Position numbers and translations under genes: made by a program
Shown: positions 1 to 10,594 of the stretch, in pieces
How the letters are laid out: each line of letters starts with the position of its first letter
Position numbering within the stretch: position 1 is the first letter of the stretch
From: Campylobacterota bacterium
Lineage (GTDB): Bacteria; Campylobacterota; Campylobacteria; Campylobacterales; Sulfurimonadaceae
Direction of reading: 5' to 3'
Length of the DNA: 56,960 bases
NCBI GenBank assembly: GCA_034661055.1
Contig: JAYEKO010000016.1
Span: 1 to 56,960 of the forward strand
The notes under the pieces: generated by a model
Database searches by the model: none
What the model saw: the letters and a program-made list of their open reading frames with translations, nothing else
What the model was told of the DNA's origin: nothing

Positions 1-129
1 TATCGTTAGGTATTATAACACATAACGATGATTAAAACAAGGTAAAAGTGTTAGAATTAAGCTGTTTTTAGGGGTTTAATGAAGATTAATTAGATTATCG
101 TTAGGTGTTGTTTACGGAATGTAGGATCT

Positions 130-306
130 ATGAGACGTTCAAAACATTTTGAAGAACACTTTTATGATGTTCAGACAAAAGATGATAGAAATCTAGCTAT
201 AGTTAATGCTTATTTAGATGGTTATTCACAAGTCGATATTGCAAAGTACTTAAATGTATCCAAGTCCTTAATTTCAAAGGTAATAAAAAGTGGAGATTCA
301 CTATAA
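130..306 (+). pseudogene. 58-aa HTH-only ORF, probable remnant of a transposase or regulator C-terminus
   Basis: Manual translation MRRSKHFEEHFYDVQTKDDRNLAIVNAYLDGYSQVDIAKYLNVSKSLISKVIKSGDSL* has an HTH pattern (SQxDIAxxLxVSxxxISK). In-frame stop upstream at 91-93. Lies next to the tRNA 3' end. Confidence 0.5.
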
Positions 307-328
307 GGGGTGTAATTTAGGGGTTTAG

Positions 329-419
329 TGGCGGACAGGGAGAGATTCGAACTCTCGGTACCGTTACCAGTACGCATCCTTAGCAGGGATGTGGTTTCAG
401 CCAACTCACCCACCTATCC
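329..419 (-). tRNA. tRNA-Ser(GCT)
   Basis: Reverse complement GGATAGG...CATCC-CT-GCT-AA-GGATG...GTTCGAAT...CCTGTCC-G-CCA: acceptor stem, GCT anticodon, long variable arm, T-loop and encoded CCA. Confidence 0.97.
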
Positions 420-498
420 GTAGTCTTAAAAAGAGGTTGTAATTTTACTATGATAAAATAATAGAGAGCTTAAAAAAGATATATTTTTAAATTAAAAT

Positions 499-1185
499 TT
501 ACAATGGCAAGAATAATAGATCAGATTTAATCTTATAGCCTAGTCTTTTTAGCTTTGCTACATATGTATAACCCACATCGGCATATGCTTTTTCCATCAT
601 ATCAAACACCTCTTTATACTGTTTTAGAAAGCTATACAATGGCTCTTCCATCTCTTCATCTAAGTATAGTTCTGTAATGAGCAGTACAATATAAGAGTGC
701 TTATTATTAAAATCTAGTTTTAATTTTTTAGTGGGATGTCGAATAAAGTCTCTTTTTAGCTTACTAAGCTCGCGCCAACCTACTAACAATTCACGCAGGC
801 CAATACTATTTATTTTTTTATTGAACAGCTCCAGACCTTCTAAAATATTGTATCTGTCTGTAAATAGACTAGGTGCTTTTTTGTTTAAGGCACCATATGT
901 CAAATTTACAATTTTGGAATAATTTTTTATATTAGTAATAATATCTTGAGTAATTAATACTTGACTTTGTTGAGCATTTAAGAAATAAACAACAGTATCT
1001 ATATTTTCATTAAACAAGGCTATACGGTCATATTCCCCACGTTTAATTATTGCACTTGTGTCTTTAACACTTTGTTGAAATAGTAACTTGTAGTCAACTG
1101 ATAACGACGATGTCATTTCACTCTTAGAAACATTACCCTGCAGTAATAGAGTAAGCATCCATAGTAAAAACAATAGCTTAAGCAT
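499..1185 (-). CDS. Exported helical hypothetical protein
   Basis: 228-aa ORF with an N-terminal hydrophobic signal peptide and an AAGGG RBS upstream. No catalytic motif recognised. Confidence 0.7.
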   Translation of the reverse strand: MLKLLFLLWMLTLLLQGNVSKSEMTSSLSVDYKLLFQQSVKDTSAIIKRGEYDRIALFNENIDTVVYFLNAQQSQVLITQDIITNIKNYSKIVNLTYGALNKKAPSLFTDRYNILEGLELFNKKINSIGLRELLVGWRELSKLKRDFIRHPTKKLKLDFNNKHSYIVLLITELYLDEEMEEPLYSFLKQYKEVFDMMEKAYADVGYTYVAKLKRLGYKIKSDLLFLPL

Positions 1186-1241
1186 CTATACCCTTTTTCA
1201 AAAGGATATAAAACTAATGTTACTTCACCATTACAAAAAAA

Positions 1242-1925
1242 CTACAATTTAGAAAGTATATTTTCTACAACCTTATTAGGATTTTTAGCATTATATATAG
1301 GACGTCCAACCACTATGAAGTTTACATTGGCATTTTTAGCAACCTCTATTGTTGCTACACGCTGTTGATCACCTGCGTCTTCACCAAAAGGTCTAATTCC
1401 AGGTGTTAGTGTGAGAAAATCACTATTGGTAATATTTTTAATTGAGCTACTTTCAAAAGCACTGCACACTACGCCATCAAGTTTAGCATCATAAGCATCT
1501 TTTGCAAACTGGTCGGCCTTAGTAGCAATACTTTTTTCATAGATTGCTGAAAACTCTTCTTCATTAAATGATGTAAGAGCAGTAACAGCTAAAACTAAAG
1601 GACGATTCTCATAAGATTCTAAACGTTGCATAACAGTCTGCATTGCTTTTTTCCCTGCTGAAGCGTGGACATTAAACATATCTACATGTAAATTAATAAT
1701 TGATTCGGCAGCATCTGCCATAGTATTTGGAATATCATAAAGTTTGAGGTCTAAAAATATCTTAAATTCGGGGTTTATTTTTTTAAGTGCATCAATAAAT
1801 GGCTTACCGTCACGAATATAAGAGCGTAGTCCTACCTTTAACCATACATCATATACTTTAATTTTTTCTACAAGTTTAAGATTATCCTCTTGAGTGGGAA
1901 GATCCAGGGCAACACAAAGTTCCAT
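1242..1925 (-). CDS. pyrF: Orotidine-5'-phosphate decarboxylase
   Basis: Motifs VALD, FLDLKLYDIPNT, TPGIRP and VVGRPI. Confidence 0.97.
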   Translation of the reverse strand: MELCVALDLPTQEDNLKLVEKIKVYDVWLKVGLRSYIRDGKPFIDALKKINPEFKIFLDLKLYDIPNTMADAAESIINLHVDMFNVHASAGKKAMQTVMQRLESYENRPLVLAVTALTSFNEEEFSAIYEKSIATKADQFAKDAYDAKLDGVVCSAFESSSIKNITNSDFLTLTPGIRPFGEDAGDQQRVATIEVAKNANVNFIVVGRPIYNAKNPNKVVENILSKL

Positions 1926-1979
1926 AATACACCTCTTTAAAAATAGTAGTGAAAGTATATTATAGAATTGATTTGAGAG

Positions 1980-2014
1980 AGATTTACATGTAAAAATATT
2001 TTACATGTAAATCT
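1980..2014 (-). terminator. 16-bp perfect hairpin downstream of acs, built from two TTTACATGTAAA copies
   Basis: AGATTTACATGTAAAA-ATA-TTTTACATGTAAATCT, ending 11 nt after the acs stop codon. Confidence 0.6.
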
Positions 2015-2025
2015 GATTTTAAAGA

Positions 2026-3993
2026 TTAAACTTTACAAGAGTTTACAGTAGATTCAATTGTTTTAACAATTGATGGGTCCTCTAATGTTGAAATATCTTG
2101 AGTAATTTCTTCACCTTTTGCTATGGCACGCAAAATACGGCGCATAATTTTTCCTGAACGTGTTTTAGGAAGTCCTGGAACAAAGACCATATCATCACAA
2201 AGAGCGATGTTACCAATCTCTACTTTAATAATTCCGTTAATCTCTTTTGCAAGAGCAGATTCTTCACCAAAGCTATCTTCACCTTTCATTACAATATAAG
2301 CAAAGATACCCTCACCTTTAAGATCATGCGGTTTACCAACAACGGCAACCTCAGCAACACCAGAATGTTTTTTAATTGCTGCTTCTACCTCAGCCGTACC
2401 CATACGGTGACCTGAAACATTAATAACATCATCAGTACGACCAGTAATAGTGATGTACTCTTCATCATCATAATTTGCACCGTCACCTGTAAAGTAGACA
2501 GGCTTACCATCTTTTACAACATCACCAAAGTAAGATTTTTTATAGCGCTCAGGATCACCCCAAACACCACGAATCATTGCAGGCCAAGGACGGGTTATAC
2601 ACATGTAACCACTCTCACCACGACCAACTCTATCACCCGTTTCAGGATCAAGAATTTCTGCCATAATTCCTGGAAGTGGAAATGTTGCGCATGCTGGTTT
2701 AATTGGTGTAGCACCTGGAAGCGGAGAGACAATATGTCCACCTGTCTCAGTTTGCCAATATGTATCAACAATAGCACAGTTACTTGAACCAACCTCTTCA
2801 TAGTACCATTTCCATGCAGGAGGATCAATTGGTTCACCAACTGTTCCAAGCACTTTAAGTGAACTCATATCGTATTTAGCTGGCTCATCTTCACCCATTT
2901 TATGTAAAACACGAATTGCAGTAGGAGCTGTATAGAACTGATTAATCTTATGGTTTTCAACCATTGCCCAAGGACGGCCAGCATCAGGATAAGTAATAAC
3001 CCCCTCAAACATTACAGTTGTCGCACCCATTGCAAGTGGACCATAGACAATGTAAGTGTGACCTGTAATCCAGCCAACATCTGCTGTACACCAGTAAGTG
3101 TCATTCTCTTTAACGTCAAATACCCACTCCATAGTCATCTGGGCCCAAAGAATATAACCAGCAGAGTTATGTTGAACACCTTTTGGTTTACCAGTTGAAC
3201 CTGATGTATAAAGTAAGAAAAGTGGATCTTCTGCATCCATAATTTCTGGTTCACATGCTGCAGATTTATTTTTAATTAACTCATTATAAGAGTAATCACG
3301 GCCAGCTACCCATGTAACATCTTCATGATTTCTCTCAACAACAAGAACTTTTTTTACTGGAGTATCACCTTGTAATGCTGCATCAACAACTGGTTTTAGC
3401 ATATATGGCTTAGTTTTTCTGTAAGCACCATCAGCAGTAATAACTACTTTAGCTTCTGCATCTTCGATTCTATCCTTTAAGGCTTCAGAAGAGAAACCAC
3501 CAAAAACAATAGAGTGAATTGCACCAATTCTTGCACAAGCAAGCATTGCGTAAGCAGCTTCAGGAATCATCGGCATATAAATAACAACTCTATCACCTTT
3601 TTGAACTCCAAAATCTTCTTTTAGAAGGTTTGCAAATCTATTTACATTTTTAAACAGATCCAAATAGGTAATGGTTTGAACATCTCCGCGGTCACCTTCA
3701 AAGATAATTGCAGCTTTATTCTTACGAGACTCTAAATGACGGTCAATACACTGAACCGATACATTTAACTTTCCACCGTCAAACCACTTTACAAAAGGAG
3801 CATTACTCTCATCTAATACTTCAGTAAATGGCTCAGCCCATGTAATTTTATCTTTTGCAAAACTGTCCCAGAAACCTTCATAGTCCTCTGTAGCCCAATC
3901 TTGAAGCTCTTGGTACTCACACATATTTTTAATGCGCGCTGTCTTTGCAAACTCTCTATTTGGTTTGAAAACTGGTTTTTTAATATCACTCAT
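2026..3993 (-). CDS. acs: Acetyl-CoA synthetase (AMP-forming)
   Basis: AMP-binding motif [11 protein letters not shown], plus DTYWQTETG and [11 protein letters not shown]. Confidence 0.97.
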   Translation of the reverse strand: MSDIKKPVFKPNREFAKTARIKNMCEYQELQDWATEDYEGFWDSFAKDKITWAEPFTEVLDESNAPFVKWFDGGKLNVSVQCIDRHLESRKNKAAIIFEGDRGDVQTITYLDLFKNVNRFANLLKEDFGVQKGDRVVIYMPMIPEAAYAMLACARIGAIHSIVFGGFSSEALKDRIEDAEAKVVITADGAYRKTKPYMLKPVVDAALQGDTPVKKVLVVERNHEDVTWVAGRDYSYNELIKNKSAACEPEIMDAEDPLFLLYTSGSTGKPKGVQHNSAGYILWAQMTMEWVFDVKENDTYWCTADVGWITGHTYIVYGPLAMGATTVMFEGVITYPDAGRPWAMVENHKINQFYTAPTAIRVLHKMGEDEPAKYDMSSLKVLGTVGEPIDPPAWKWYYEEVGSSNCAIVDTYWQTETGGHIVSPLPGATPIKPACATFPLPGIMAEILDPETGDRVGRGESGYMCITRPWPAMIRGVWGDPERYKKSYFGDVVKDGKPVYFTGDGANYDDEEYITITGRTDDVINVSGHRMGTAEVEAAIKKHSGVAEVAVVGKPHDLKGEGIFAYIVMKGEDSFGEESALAKEINGIIKVEIGNIALCDDMVFVPGLPKTRSGKIMRRILRAIAKGEEITQDISTLEDPSIVKTIESTVNSCKV

Positions 3994-4008
3994 TCTTGTT
4001 CCTTAAAT

Positions 4009-4608
4009 TTAAGATTTTAATTTTAAATATATCATTGCCGTCATGATGGCATCATTAACAGCATTATGCTGTCCCATCTGAGGAACCTGTAAATCTTGCA
4101 AGATTGTATCGAAGCGTAAATCAATATTACCTTGAGGAATTAAGGCAATTTTTTTATCAAAGTAAAGTCCAGAAACTTCAATCTGTCTATTAGGCAAACG
4201 AATACCTAAATATTGTTTTACATAACGTTCAACCATTGCCACATCAAATTCTAAATAGTAGCCCACTAAAGGGCGATTTCCAATGAAGTCTATAAACTTC
4301 ATAACTGCTTCTTTCGGCTCTAGTGCTCCCTCTAAATCACACGGACGTATATGGTGAATTGTAATACTTTTTTCGCTAATGGCACCTGATGGCTTTAAAA
4401 AAACTTCAAAAATCTCTGAAGTAATAATTTTGTTGTTTCTAATCTTAACAGCACCAATGGAAAGTATCTCATTCTTCTTGGTATTTAAACCTGTTGTTTC
4501 ACAGTCATATACGACAAATTCATTACCATCATACTCATCAAACAGATGAGCAAAAGACTCATCTTTAAGACGGTTACGATTGAATTTTTTTTTGAAATAT
4601 TCAAACAT
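4009..4608 (-). CDS. DEDDh 3'-5' exonuclease (DnaQ-like)
   Basis: Motifs VYDCETTG, FDVAM and HNAVNDA. Stop/start coupled to the DUF294 gene. Confidence 0.9.
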   Translation of the reverse strand: MFEYFKKKFNRNRLKDESFAHLFDEYDGNEFVVYDCETTGLNTKKNEILSIGAVKIRNNKIITSEIFEVFLKPSGAISEKSITIHHIRPCDLEGALEPKEAVMKFIDFIGNRPLVGYYLEFDVAMVERYVKQYLGIRLPNRQIEVSGLYFDKKIALIPQGNIDLRFDTILQDLQVPQMGQHNAVNDAIMTAMIYLKLKS

Positions 4609-6428
4609 TATGTCACCATGTTAAGATGAAAATGAAAACTCAAGAATTTTTTAAACTTATTTACAATTTTAAAGCTGTCTTTTAAAAGATCACGCTCAAC
4701 CTTATCTAGCTTTTTAGGATTAATAAAATTAGCACTTTCAATATTATCATGTGTAAGTACCGCTTTAAGTCTAATCGCTAAAAGTGTATCAAAAGACTCA
4801 ATAAGTTCTGTTGCAAATTTTTTATCAATTACATGTAAATTATTAAGCTCTTTAATTCTCTCAATAGTGTTAGTGCAACGAATCCTTTTTTCTAGTGCTA
4901 AAGTTCGAATACCATGAACCATAGCAAATATTCCACCTTTTTTAAGATCTAGTTCCGCCTTATGGTCACTTTTTGAAACAACAAACCCAGAGAATATAGA
5001 TAGAGGTGTCTCAAAACTCAGCGCAATTTTTGCAATATGTGCCAACAGATCATCACGTCCCTCAAATTTAGTACGCAAATGACTTGTCAAATCATCATAA
5101 AGTTCTCTATTTCCGACAACATATTCTGCATCTAAAAAGATAGATATTTTCTGAAATGTCTCTTCATCAAAACTGTACATCCAGTGGTCAATGTCATGCT
5201 TATAATCTTTAATGTCTTTACACCAGTATGGATTATTAACCATGACCTTGCCTGGGCACGGAGGAAAGCCAAGCATCTCTAAAGAGTCGCTAAACTTGCT
5301 CATGTACTCCTGATATTTTTCAACATCTTGATTATTTTCAACAATTAGAGCATTGTCTTGATCACTTCTGTAAACCTGCTCTCCTCGCCCTTCACTACCC
5401 ATAACAATAAGGGTACATCCATTACGATCCTCTTTAGGAACGCACATTGTAAAGACTTTTTGATAAATCTTATAGTTAAGCTCAGTAATAAGCTTAGAGA
5501 TGTAGCGTATTTTAACACCTTTGCTATAAAGTGATTTCACGACATTTTTAAACTTGTCTTCAATATGAAGCAAAACTTCTAAAGAGTTCGCTTTCTCAAT
5601 TTCTATTGCAATAAGATGGGAATGGTTTGCAAAGTGACTTAGTAGATCTAGCTGTTCAAGAATTCCTACAATTTTAGAATCTTCTGTCACCGCAAGACGT
5701 TTAACACCATATTTTGTAAACATTAGTAGTGCATTAAATAAAAAATCATTTTTTTCAATACTTAGAAGTGGAAAGGTGGCAATTGTAGAGATATTATTTT
5801 GCACAGAAGTGTTATTTAGCAGAACTTTCTCTTTAAGATTGGAATCTGTCACAATTCCATAACCATCTTCAGTATCTACAATAATAGTTTTAGAAAGCTC
5901 TTTATCTGCTTGATGTAAAGCATCATATATACTCACATCGGGGTTAACAATACAAGGCGTATGTAAGAAAATTTCATCAACTTTTGCCACCATAAATGAG
6001 GACATATCACTTTGTGATTCTCTATGTTTCATTCGTTGATGTTTGGTAATAAAGTCTTGTAAGTAAAATGATTTAAACTCTTCAAAATCTTGCATAAGAT
6101 CTAAAAAAGTATTTTTTGGAAGTTCATAACAGATGAGATCTTCTTGGACAACATATTTACTTGCTGTTGTACCGTAGATTAATGAGTCGGCATCAAAGCT
6201 GTCCATCTGAACATACACACCATGAAGCTCATCATCTAAAAACTCATGAACACACCCTTTAATAACAATGTAAAGATGCTCAGAGTGAATGGTAGGAGTG
6301 ATTAGCGCCGTGTCTTTAGGATAATACCCTATATCCATCTGGGTAATCAGTTTGTCAATTTCTCGTTCTTTAAGTACATCAAAAGGATGAATTGATGATA
6401 TCAACTGCTTTTGATCAAAAATACTCAC
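4608..6428 (-). CDS. cNMP-binding/CBS/DUF294 putative nucleotidyltransferase
   Basis: N-terminal cNMP-like domain, CBS pair, nucleotidyltransferase motif MGSEGRGEQ...SDQDNAL and DLKKGG. GTG start. Confidence 0.9.
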   Translation of the reverse strand: MSIFDQKQLISSIHPFDVLKEREIDKLITQMDIGYYPKDTALITPTIHSEHLYIVIKGCVHEFLDDELHGVYVQMDSFDADSLIYGTTASKYVVQEDLICYELPKNTFLDLMQDFEEFKSFYLQDFITKHQRMKHRESQSDMSSFMVAKVDEIFLHTPCIVNPDVSIYDALHQADKELSKTIIVDTEDGYGIVTDSNLKEKVLLNNTSVQNNISTIATFPLLSIEKNDFLFNALLMFTKYGVKRLAVTEDSKIVGILEQLDLLSHFANHSHLIAIEIEKANSLEVLLHIEDKFKNVVKSLYSKGVKIRYISKLITELNYKIYQKVFTMCVPKEDRNGCTLIVMGSEGRGEQVYRSDQDNALIVENNQDVEKYQEYMSKFSDSLEMLGFPPCPGKVMVNNPYWCKDIKDYKHDIDHWMYSFDEETFQKISIFLDAEYVVGNRELYDDLTSHLRTKFEGRDDLLAHIAKIALSFETPLSIFSGFVVSKSDHKAELDLKKGGIFAMVHGIRTLALEKRIRCTNTIERIKELNNLHVIDKKFATELIESFDTLLAIRLKAVLTHDNIESANFINPKKLDKVERDLLKDSFKIVNKFKKFLSFHFHLNMVT

Positions 6429-6474
6429 ATGTTTTCCTCATGATATGAACGCCATAAAGGCGTTCAATTATTTG

Positions 6475-8139
6475 TTAGTGATCAACGGCACCTTCAGAGC
6501 CAATACCAGTTTGTGAACGAATATTTTGAGCTTCAAATGCAGCTCTTTCGTTTTTCGCGTCCTCACTATTATCTGTAATAGAGAAGAAGTAAATCGCAAG
6601 GAATGATACTGTCACTGAGAATAGTGCAGGATATTTATATGGGAAAATTGCTTCTGCGTTTCCTAAAATCTGCACCCAAACAATTGGACCAAGAATTACT
6701 AATAATACTGCTGTTGCAAGACCTAAAGATCCACCAATTACAGCACCACGAGTCGTCAGTTTAGACCAGTACATTGAAAGGAATAGAATTGGGAAGTTAG
6801 CTGATGCTGCAATCGCAAACGCCAAACCAACAACAAATGCGATATTTTGTTTCTCAAACATAATACCCATTCCAATAGCAACAACACCTAAAGCCACTGT
6901 AGCAATTTTAGAAACTTTCATCTCCGCCATTCCGTCAGCTTGTCCTTTTTTAATAACTGATGCATAAAGGTCATGTGAAATCGCTGATGCACCTGCAAGT
7001 GTCAGACCAGATACAACTGCAAGAATCGTTGCAAATGCTACTGCTGAGATGAAACCTAAGAAGAAGTCTCCACCAACTGCATGTGACAAGTGAATTGCTG
7101 CCATGTTGTTGCCACCAAGAATTGGTGAACCACCGCTAATTGCTTGTTTTGCAACATCTAAATATTCCGGATTAGTAAATACCATAACGATCGCACCAAA
7201 ACCGATGATGAACGTAAGAATATAGAAATAACCGATAAAACCTGTTGCATAGAATACTGATTTACGAGCTTCTTTTGCATCACTTACTGTAAAAAATCTC
7301 ATAAGGATGTGTGGAAGACCGGCAGTACCAAACATTAGTGCCACTGCAAGTGAGATCGCTGAAATCGGATCACTGACCAGACCACCCGGACTCATGATTT
7401 CAATACCTTTTAAGTCAACTGCTGCTTGGAATAGTGAACCAAAGCTAAAGCCATAATGTGCCATTACCGCAATAGCCATAAAGGTCGCACCAGAAAGCAA
7501 TAAGAAGGCTTTAATAATCTGTACCCAAGTTGTAGCAAGCATACCACCAAATGTTACATAAAGAATCATCAATACACCAACTAGCATTACTGCTACTTCA
7601 TACTGAAGACCAAATAGTAGCTGAATCAGTTTTCCTGAACCAACCATCTGAGCGATAAGGTAAAGAATTACAGTTGCAATTGAACCTGAAGCTGCAAGAG
7701 TACGGATTGGTGTCTGTCTTAGGCGATACGCTGCAACATCTGCAAATGTATATTTACCTAAGTTTCTAAGTGGTTCTGCAATCATAAATAGAATAATTGG
7801 CCAACCAACAAGAAAACCGATAGAGTAGATAAGACCATCATACCCTTTTAAATATACAAGACCTGAGATTCCAAGGAATGATGCTGCTGACATGTAGTCA
7901 CCTGCAATTGCCATACCATTTTGAAAACCTGTAATTCCACCACCAGCAGTGTAGAAATCTTTTGCTGTTTTTGTACGTTTTGCTGCCCAGTAAGTAATAC
8001 CTAAAGTACCACCGACAAACAGTAAGAACATCACGATTGCAGAAATATTAAGTGATTGTTTCTCAACTTCACCCTCAATTGCACCACCAGCAAGTAGTGA
8101 TGTAGAAATAAATAGTAATGATACTAATAATGCTCTCAC
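6475..8139 (-). CDS. actP: Cation/acetate symporter (SSS family)
   Basis: Motifs [11 protein letters not shown] and [15 protein letters not shown], many TM helices, acs neighbourhood. Confidence 0.95.
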   Translation of the reverse strand: MRALLVSLLFISTSLLAGGAIEGEVEKQSLNISAIVMFLLFVGGTLGITYWAAKRTKTAKDFYTAGGGITGFQNGMAIAGDYMSAASFLGISGLVYLKGYDGLIYSIGFLVGWPIILFMIAEPLRNLGKYTFADVAAYRLRQTPIRTLAASGSIATVILYLIAQMVGSGKLIQLLFGLQYEVAVMLVGVLMILYVTFGGMLATTWVQIIKAFLLLSGATFMAIAVMAHYGFSFGSLFQAAVDLKGIEIMSPGGLVSDPISAISLAVALMFGTAGLPHILMRFFTVSDAKEARKSVFYATGFIGYFYILTFIIGFGAIVMVFTNPEYLDVAKQAISGGSPILGGNNMAAIHLSHAVGGDFFLGFISAVAFATILAVVSGLTLAGASAISHDLYASVIKKGQADGMAEMKVSKIATVALGVVAIGMGIMFEKQNIAFVVGLAFAIAASANFPILFLSMYWSKLTTRGAVIGGSLGLATAVLLVILGPIVWVQILGNAEAIFPYKYPALFSVTVSFLAIYFFSITDNSEDAKNERAAFEAQNIRSQTGIGSEGAVDH

Positions 8140-8456
8140 GACTCACCTCTTTGAATATTTTCTTTAATTTTGTTGTTTAAATCATCAAACTCACTGTTAG
8201 CACGTTTAACATAGACTCCTGTAAGTGCAAATGCAAATACAATAACAAACATTCCAATAGGAATTCCAATAGTTGTAACACTGTCACTACTTAATGGTGA
8301 CCCCAATGCTGCTGGATTAAATGCAATCGTTAAAATAAATGCAAAGTACACTACTAGCATTGTAACACTTAACTTAACTGCAAAACTTCCACGTTTTGTA
8401 ACAAGTTCTTGGTAAGCAGGATCTGCTTTAACCTTATCAATCATATCTTGTTGCAT
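8136..8456 (-). CDS. DUF485 (YjcH-like) inner membrane partner of ActP
   Basis: Two TM helices, [10 protein letters not shown] motif, overlaps the actP start. Confidence 0.9.
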   Translation of the reverse strand: MQQDMIDKVKADPAYQELVTKRGSFAVKLSVTMLVVYFAFILTIAFNPAALGSPLSSDSVTTIGIPIGMFVIVFAFALTGVYVKRANSEFDDLNNKIKENIQRGES

Positions 8457-8464
8457 AATATCTC

Positions 8465-9799
8465 CTAAAAATTATAGTTGGCAATGAAACGATATTCGCT
8501 CCAATCCACTGCACCATCTGCTGCTTCATAAAAGTCTGTTGGAAAGTTTCCACGTAGACGAAGCTGTAAGTTTTTAACCATCTCAGGATAATAAATAAAA
8601 TCAAATCCTGCTTCAGTTGCTGTACGCTCAATTCCATATCCACTATTTGCACTCATATCATATGAACTATAATATAGTATTGTCGATAATTTTGGACCAA
8701 AATCTTTCCAGTTATATGAACCAACTGCTTTAATAGCGTCTGTTCCTGCTAAGAATTGGTGACGTGTTACCATACCTTGTGTAAATGCCGGCATACCACC
8801 CCAAGGTGTTACAACTGCGCCATTTCCAAAAGCACCTTCACTCTCATCATTAGATGAATATGCTGCATAAATATTGAAATTATTAAACTTCGAGCCTAGT
8901 TTAACAGCCCAATACATTGCGTCAACTTCACCAATGATCTCATCGCCCACTTCGCTTTCACTTAATAGTTGTGCTGAAGCATACATTTTCATTGAATCAT
9001 TCAGCCTACAGTTCCATGATGTGTCTGCTTGTAGATAAATTGCATTTAAAATATCGTGAGCATAGTAATCCCATGCTTGTAGTTTAATATTATCTATTCC
9101 AATATAGGTAGCAGAGGCAACTGTAACACCAGCAGTACTCTCACCAACAGCGTAAGTACCCATATTTACAAACTGACCCACTTGATTACGTGAGTCAACA
9201 AAAGAGTAACCACTTGTTACGGCTAAAATACCGCCATTATACACTCTACCAAATGTACCTTGTGCAAATTTAGTTACATGTCCGGCAATTAATGTAGTAT
9301 CTTCTACATCAGTGTTGATTAACAAGTATGCTTCAAATAAGTTTGGCAGCATTCTAGCATCATCAGCTCCAGCAAGTGGAGTATTTAATTTTTGACGTCC
9401 ACCTTTAAATGTTGTATTGCCACGTTTGTACTGCAAGTACGCCTCACCTAAAAGTGAATACGACTCATTATTTGGCCCAAGAAGTGTTGGATCTGTTTTG
9501 GTGTAGTCGTTTCTATCTTCTCCGCCAATAAATAATCCATTGGTGGTGTAAAAAGCAGTTCCTAAACTAAGACCTGCAAAATCAGCTGTCTCATACTTTA
9601 AGTAACCCCCAACTGCACTAGCAGTTCGAATATAATCATCTTTACCTGGTCGTGTATCTGTAACATCACGACTGATACTAAATTCACGGATCTGGCCGCT
9701 TACTTTTCCTTCACTAAACATGCTCTCTATATTCTCAGCTGCATTAAGTGATGTCACTACTACTAAAGCAGCAGTGCTTAAAAGTATATGTTTTCTCAT
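8465..9799 (-). CDS. OprD-family outer-membrane porin
   Basis: Signal peptide, GRQKLNTPL/DDARMLPN motif, beta-signal ending YRFIANYNF. Confidence 0.85.
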   Translation of the reverse strand: MRKHILLSTAALVVVTSLNAAENIESMFSEGKVSGQIREFSISRDVTDTRPGKDDYIRTASAVGGYLKYETADFAGLSLGTAFYTTNGLFIGGEDRNDYTKTDPTLLGPNNESYSLLGEAYLQYKRGNTTFKGGRQKLNTPLAGADDARMLPNLFEAYLLINTDVEDTTLIAGHVTKFAQGTFGRVYNGGILAVTSGYSFVDSRNQVGQFVNMGTYAVGESTAGVTVASATYIGIDNIKLQAWDYYAHDILNAIYLQADTSWNCRLNDSMKMYASAQLLSESEVGDEIIGEVDAMYWAVKLGSKFNNFNIYAAYSSNDESEGAFGNGAVVTPWGGMPAFTQGMVTRHQFLAGTDAIKAVGSYNWKDFGPKLSTILYYSSYDMSANSGYGIERTATEAGFDFIYYPEMVKNLQLRLRGNFPTDFYEAADGAVDWSEYRFIANYNF

Positions 9800-9840
9800 A
9801 AACTCCCCTTAAATAGTTTTCAGGCTAAGAGTAAAATGAA

Positions 9841-9862
9841 AACATAGCATTAACGTAGCATT
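9841..9862. promoter_or_regulatory. 11-bp tandem direct repeat upstream of the acetate operon; putative OmpR-family binding site
   Basis: AACATAGCATT-AACGTAGCATT with one mismatch and one-helical-turn spacing. An OmpR-type regulator gene is adjacent. Confidence 0.55.
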
Positions 9863-9928
9863 TTTGCTATTTTCTCTAATTCGTCTCTTTTTTTTATAAG
9901 AAGTTTAAATATGTATCTTTTTGTAACA

Positions 9929-10594
9929 TTATATGTAATGCGGAATATCTATCATGTACCCCATCGATCGAATATTTTGAATAATCTCTTCTTTAAGGAC
10001 TTTTTTGAGCCGATTAACCTCAGCGCGTATAGTAGCATTGTCAATAATTGCTTCATCCCATACATAAGATCGAAATAGCTCAAAGTCAACAACTCGACCT
10101 CTATTTTTTGCTAAAAGACTAATCATTTGAGACTGGCGTTTAGTCAATATCTGCGGAATGTTATCAAACAAGAGTGTACTGCTTTGGCTATCAAAACTGT
10201 AATGACGCGATAGTTTAATATGAACATTAGTCTCACTATGAGTATTCATAAGCTTTTCAATTCTAATAGAGAGCTCTCTAAGATGAAACGGTTTTTTCAA
10301 ATAATCATAGCAGCCTAAGTCAAAGGCACGTGAGATATCTTCTATATCAACTAAAGCACTAATATAGATAGCAGGAGTCTGAATCTTATTCTCATGTAGA
10401 TTTTCTAGTAAGCTAAAGCCATCGGTTCCAGGAACATTAATATCAAGTATTAATAGATCAAAAATCTTTTTTGATGCAGCCTTTAAAGCACTGTCTCCAT
10501 CATAGTAACTAAAAATACTATGTCCCATAGCACTAAGATACTCCACAATCGACTCATTAAGCATCACCTCATCTTCAAGAAGCAGTATTTTCAC
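9929..10594 (-). CDS. OmpR-family response regulator
   Basis: Receiver domain (LLLEDE, LDINVP, KPF) and winged-helix end (IQNIRSMGY). Confidence 0.93.
   Translation of the reverse strand: MKILLLEDEVMLNESIVEYLSAMGHSIFSYYDGDSALKAASKKIFDLLILDINVPGTDGFSLLENLHENKIQTPAIYISALVDIEDISRAFDLGCYDYLKKPFHLRELSIRIEKLMNTHSETNVHIKLSRHYSFDSQSSTLLFDNIPQILTKRQSQMISLLAKNRGRVVDFELFRSYVWDEAIIDNATIRAEVNRLKKVLKEEIIQNIRSMGYMIDIPHYI

Noticed and set aside
222..413. 63-aa minus-strand ORF
   Set aside because: It overlaps the tRNA-Ser gene and is a chance reading frame.
6446..6466. Hairpin TGAACGCC-N5-GGCGTTCA after actP as a terminator
   Set aside because: No U-tract on the coding strand and it lies mid-operon. At most a stability or processing element.
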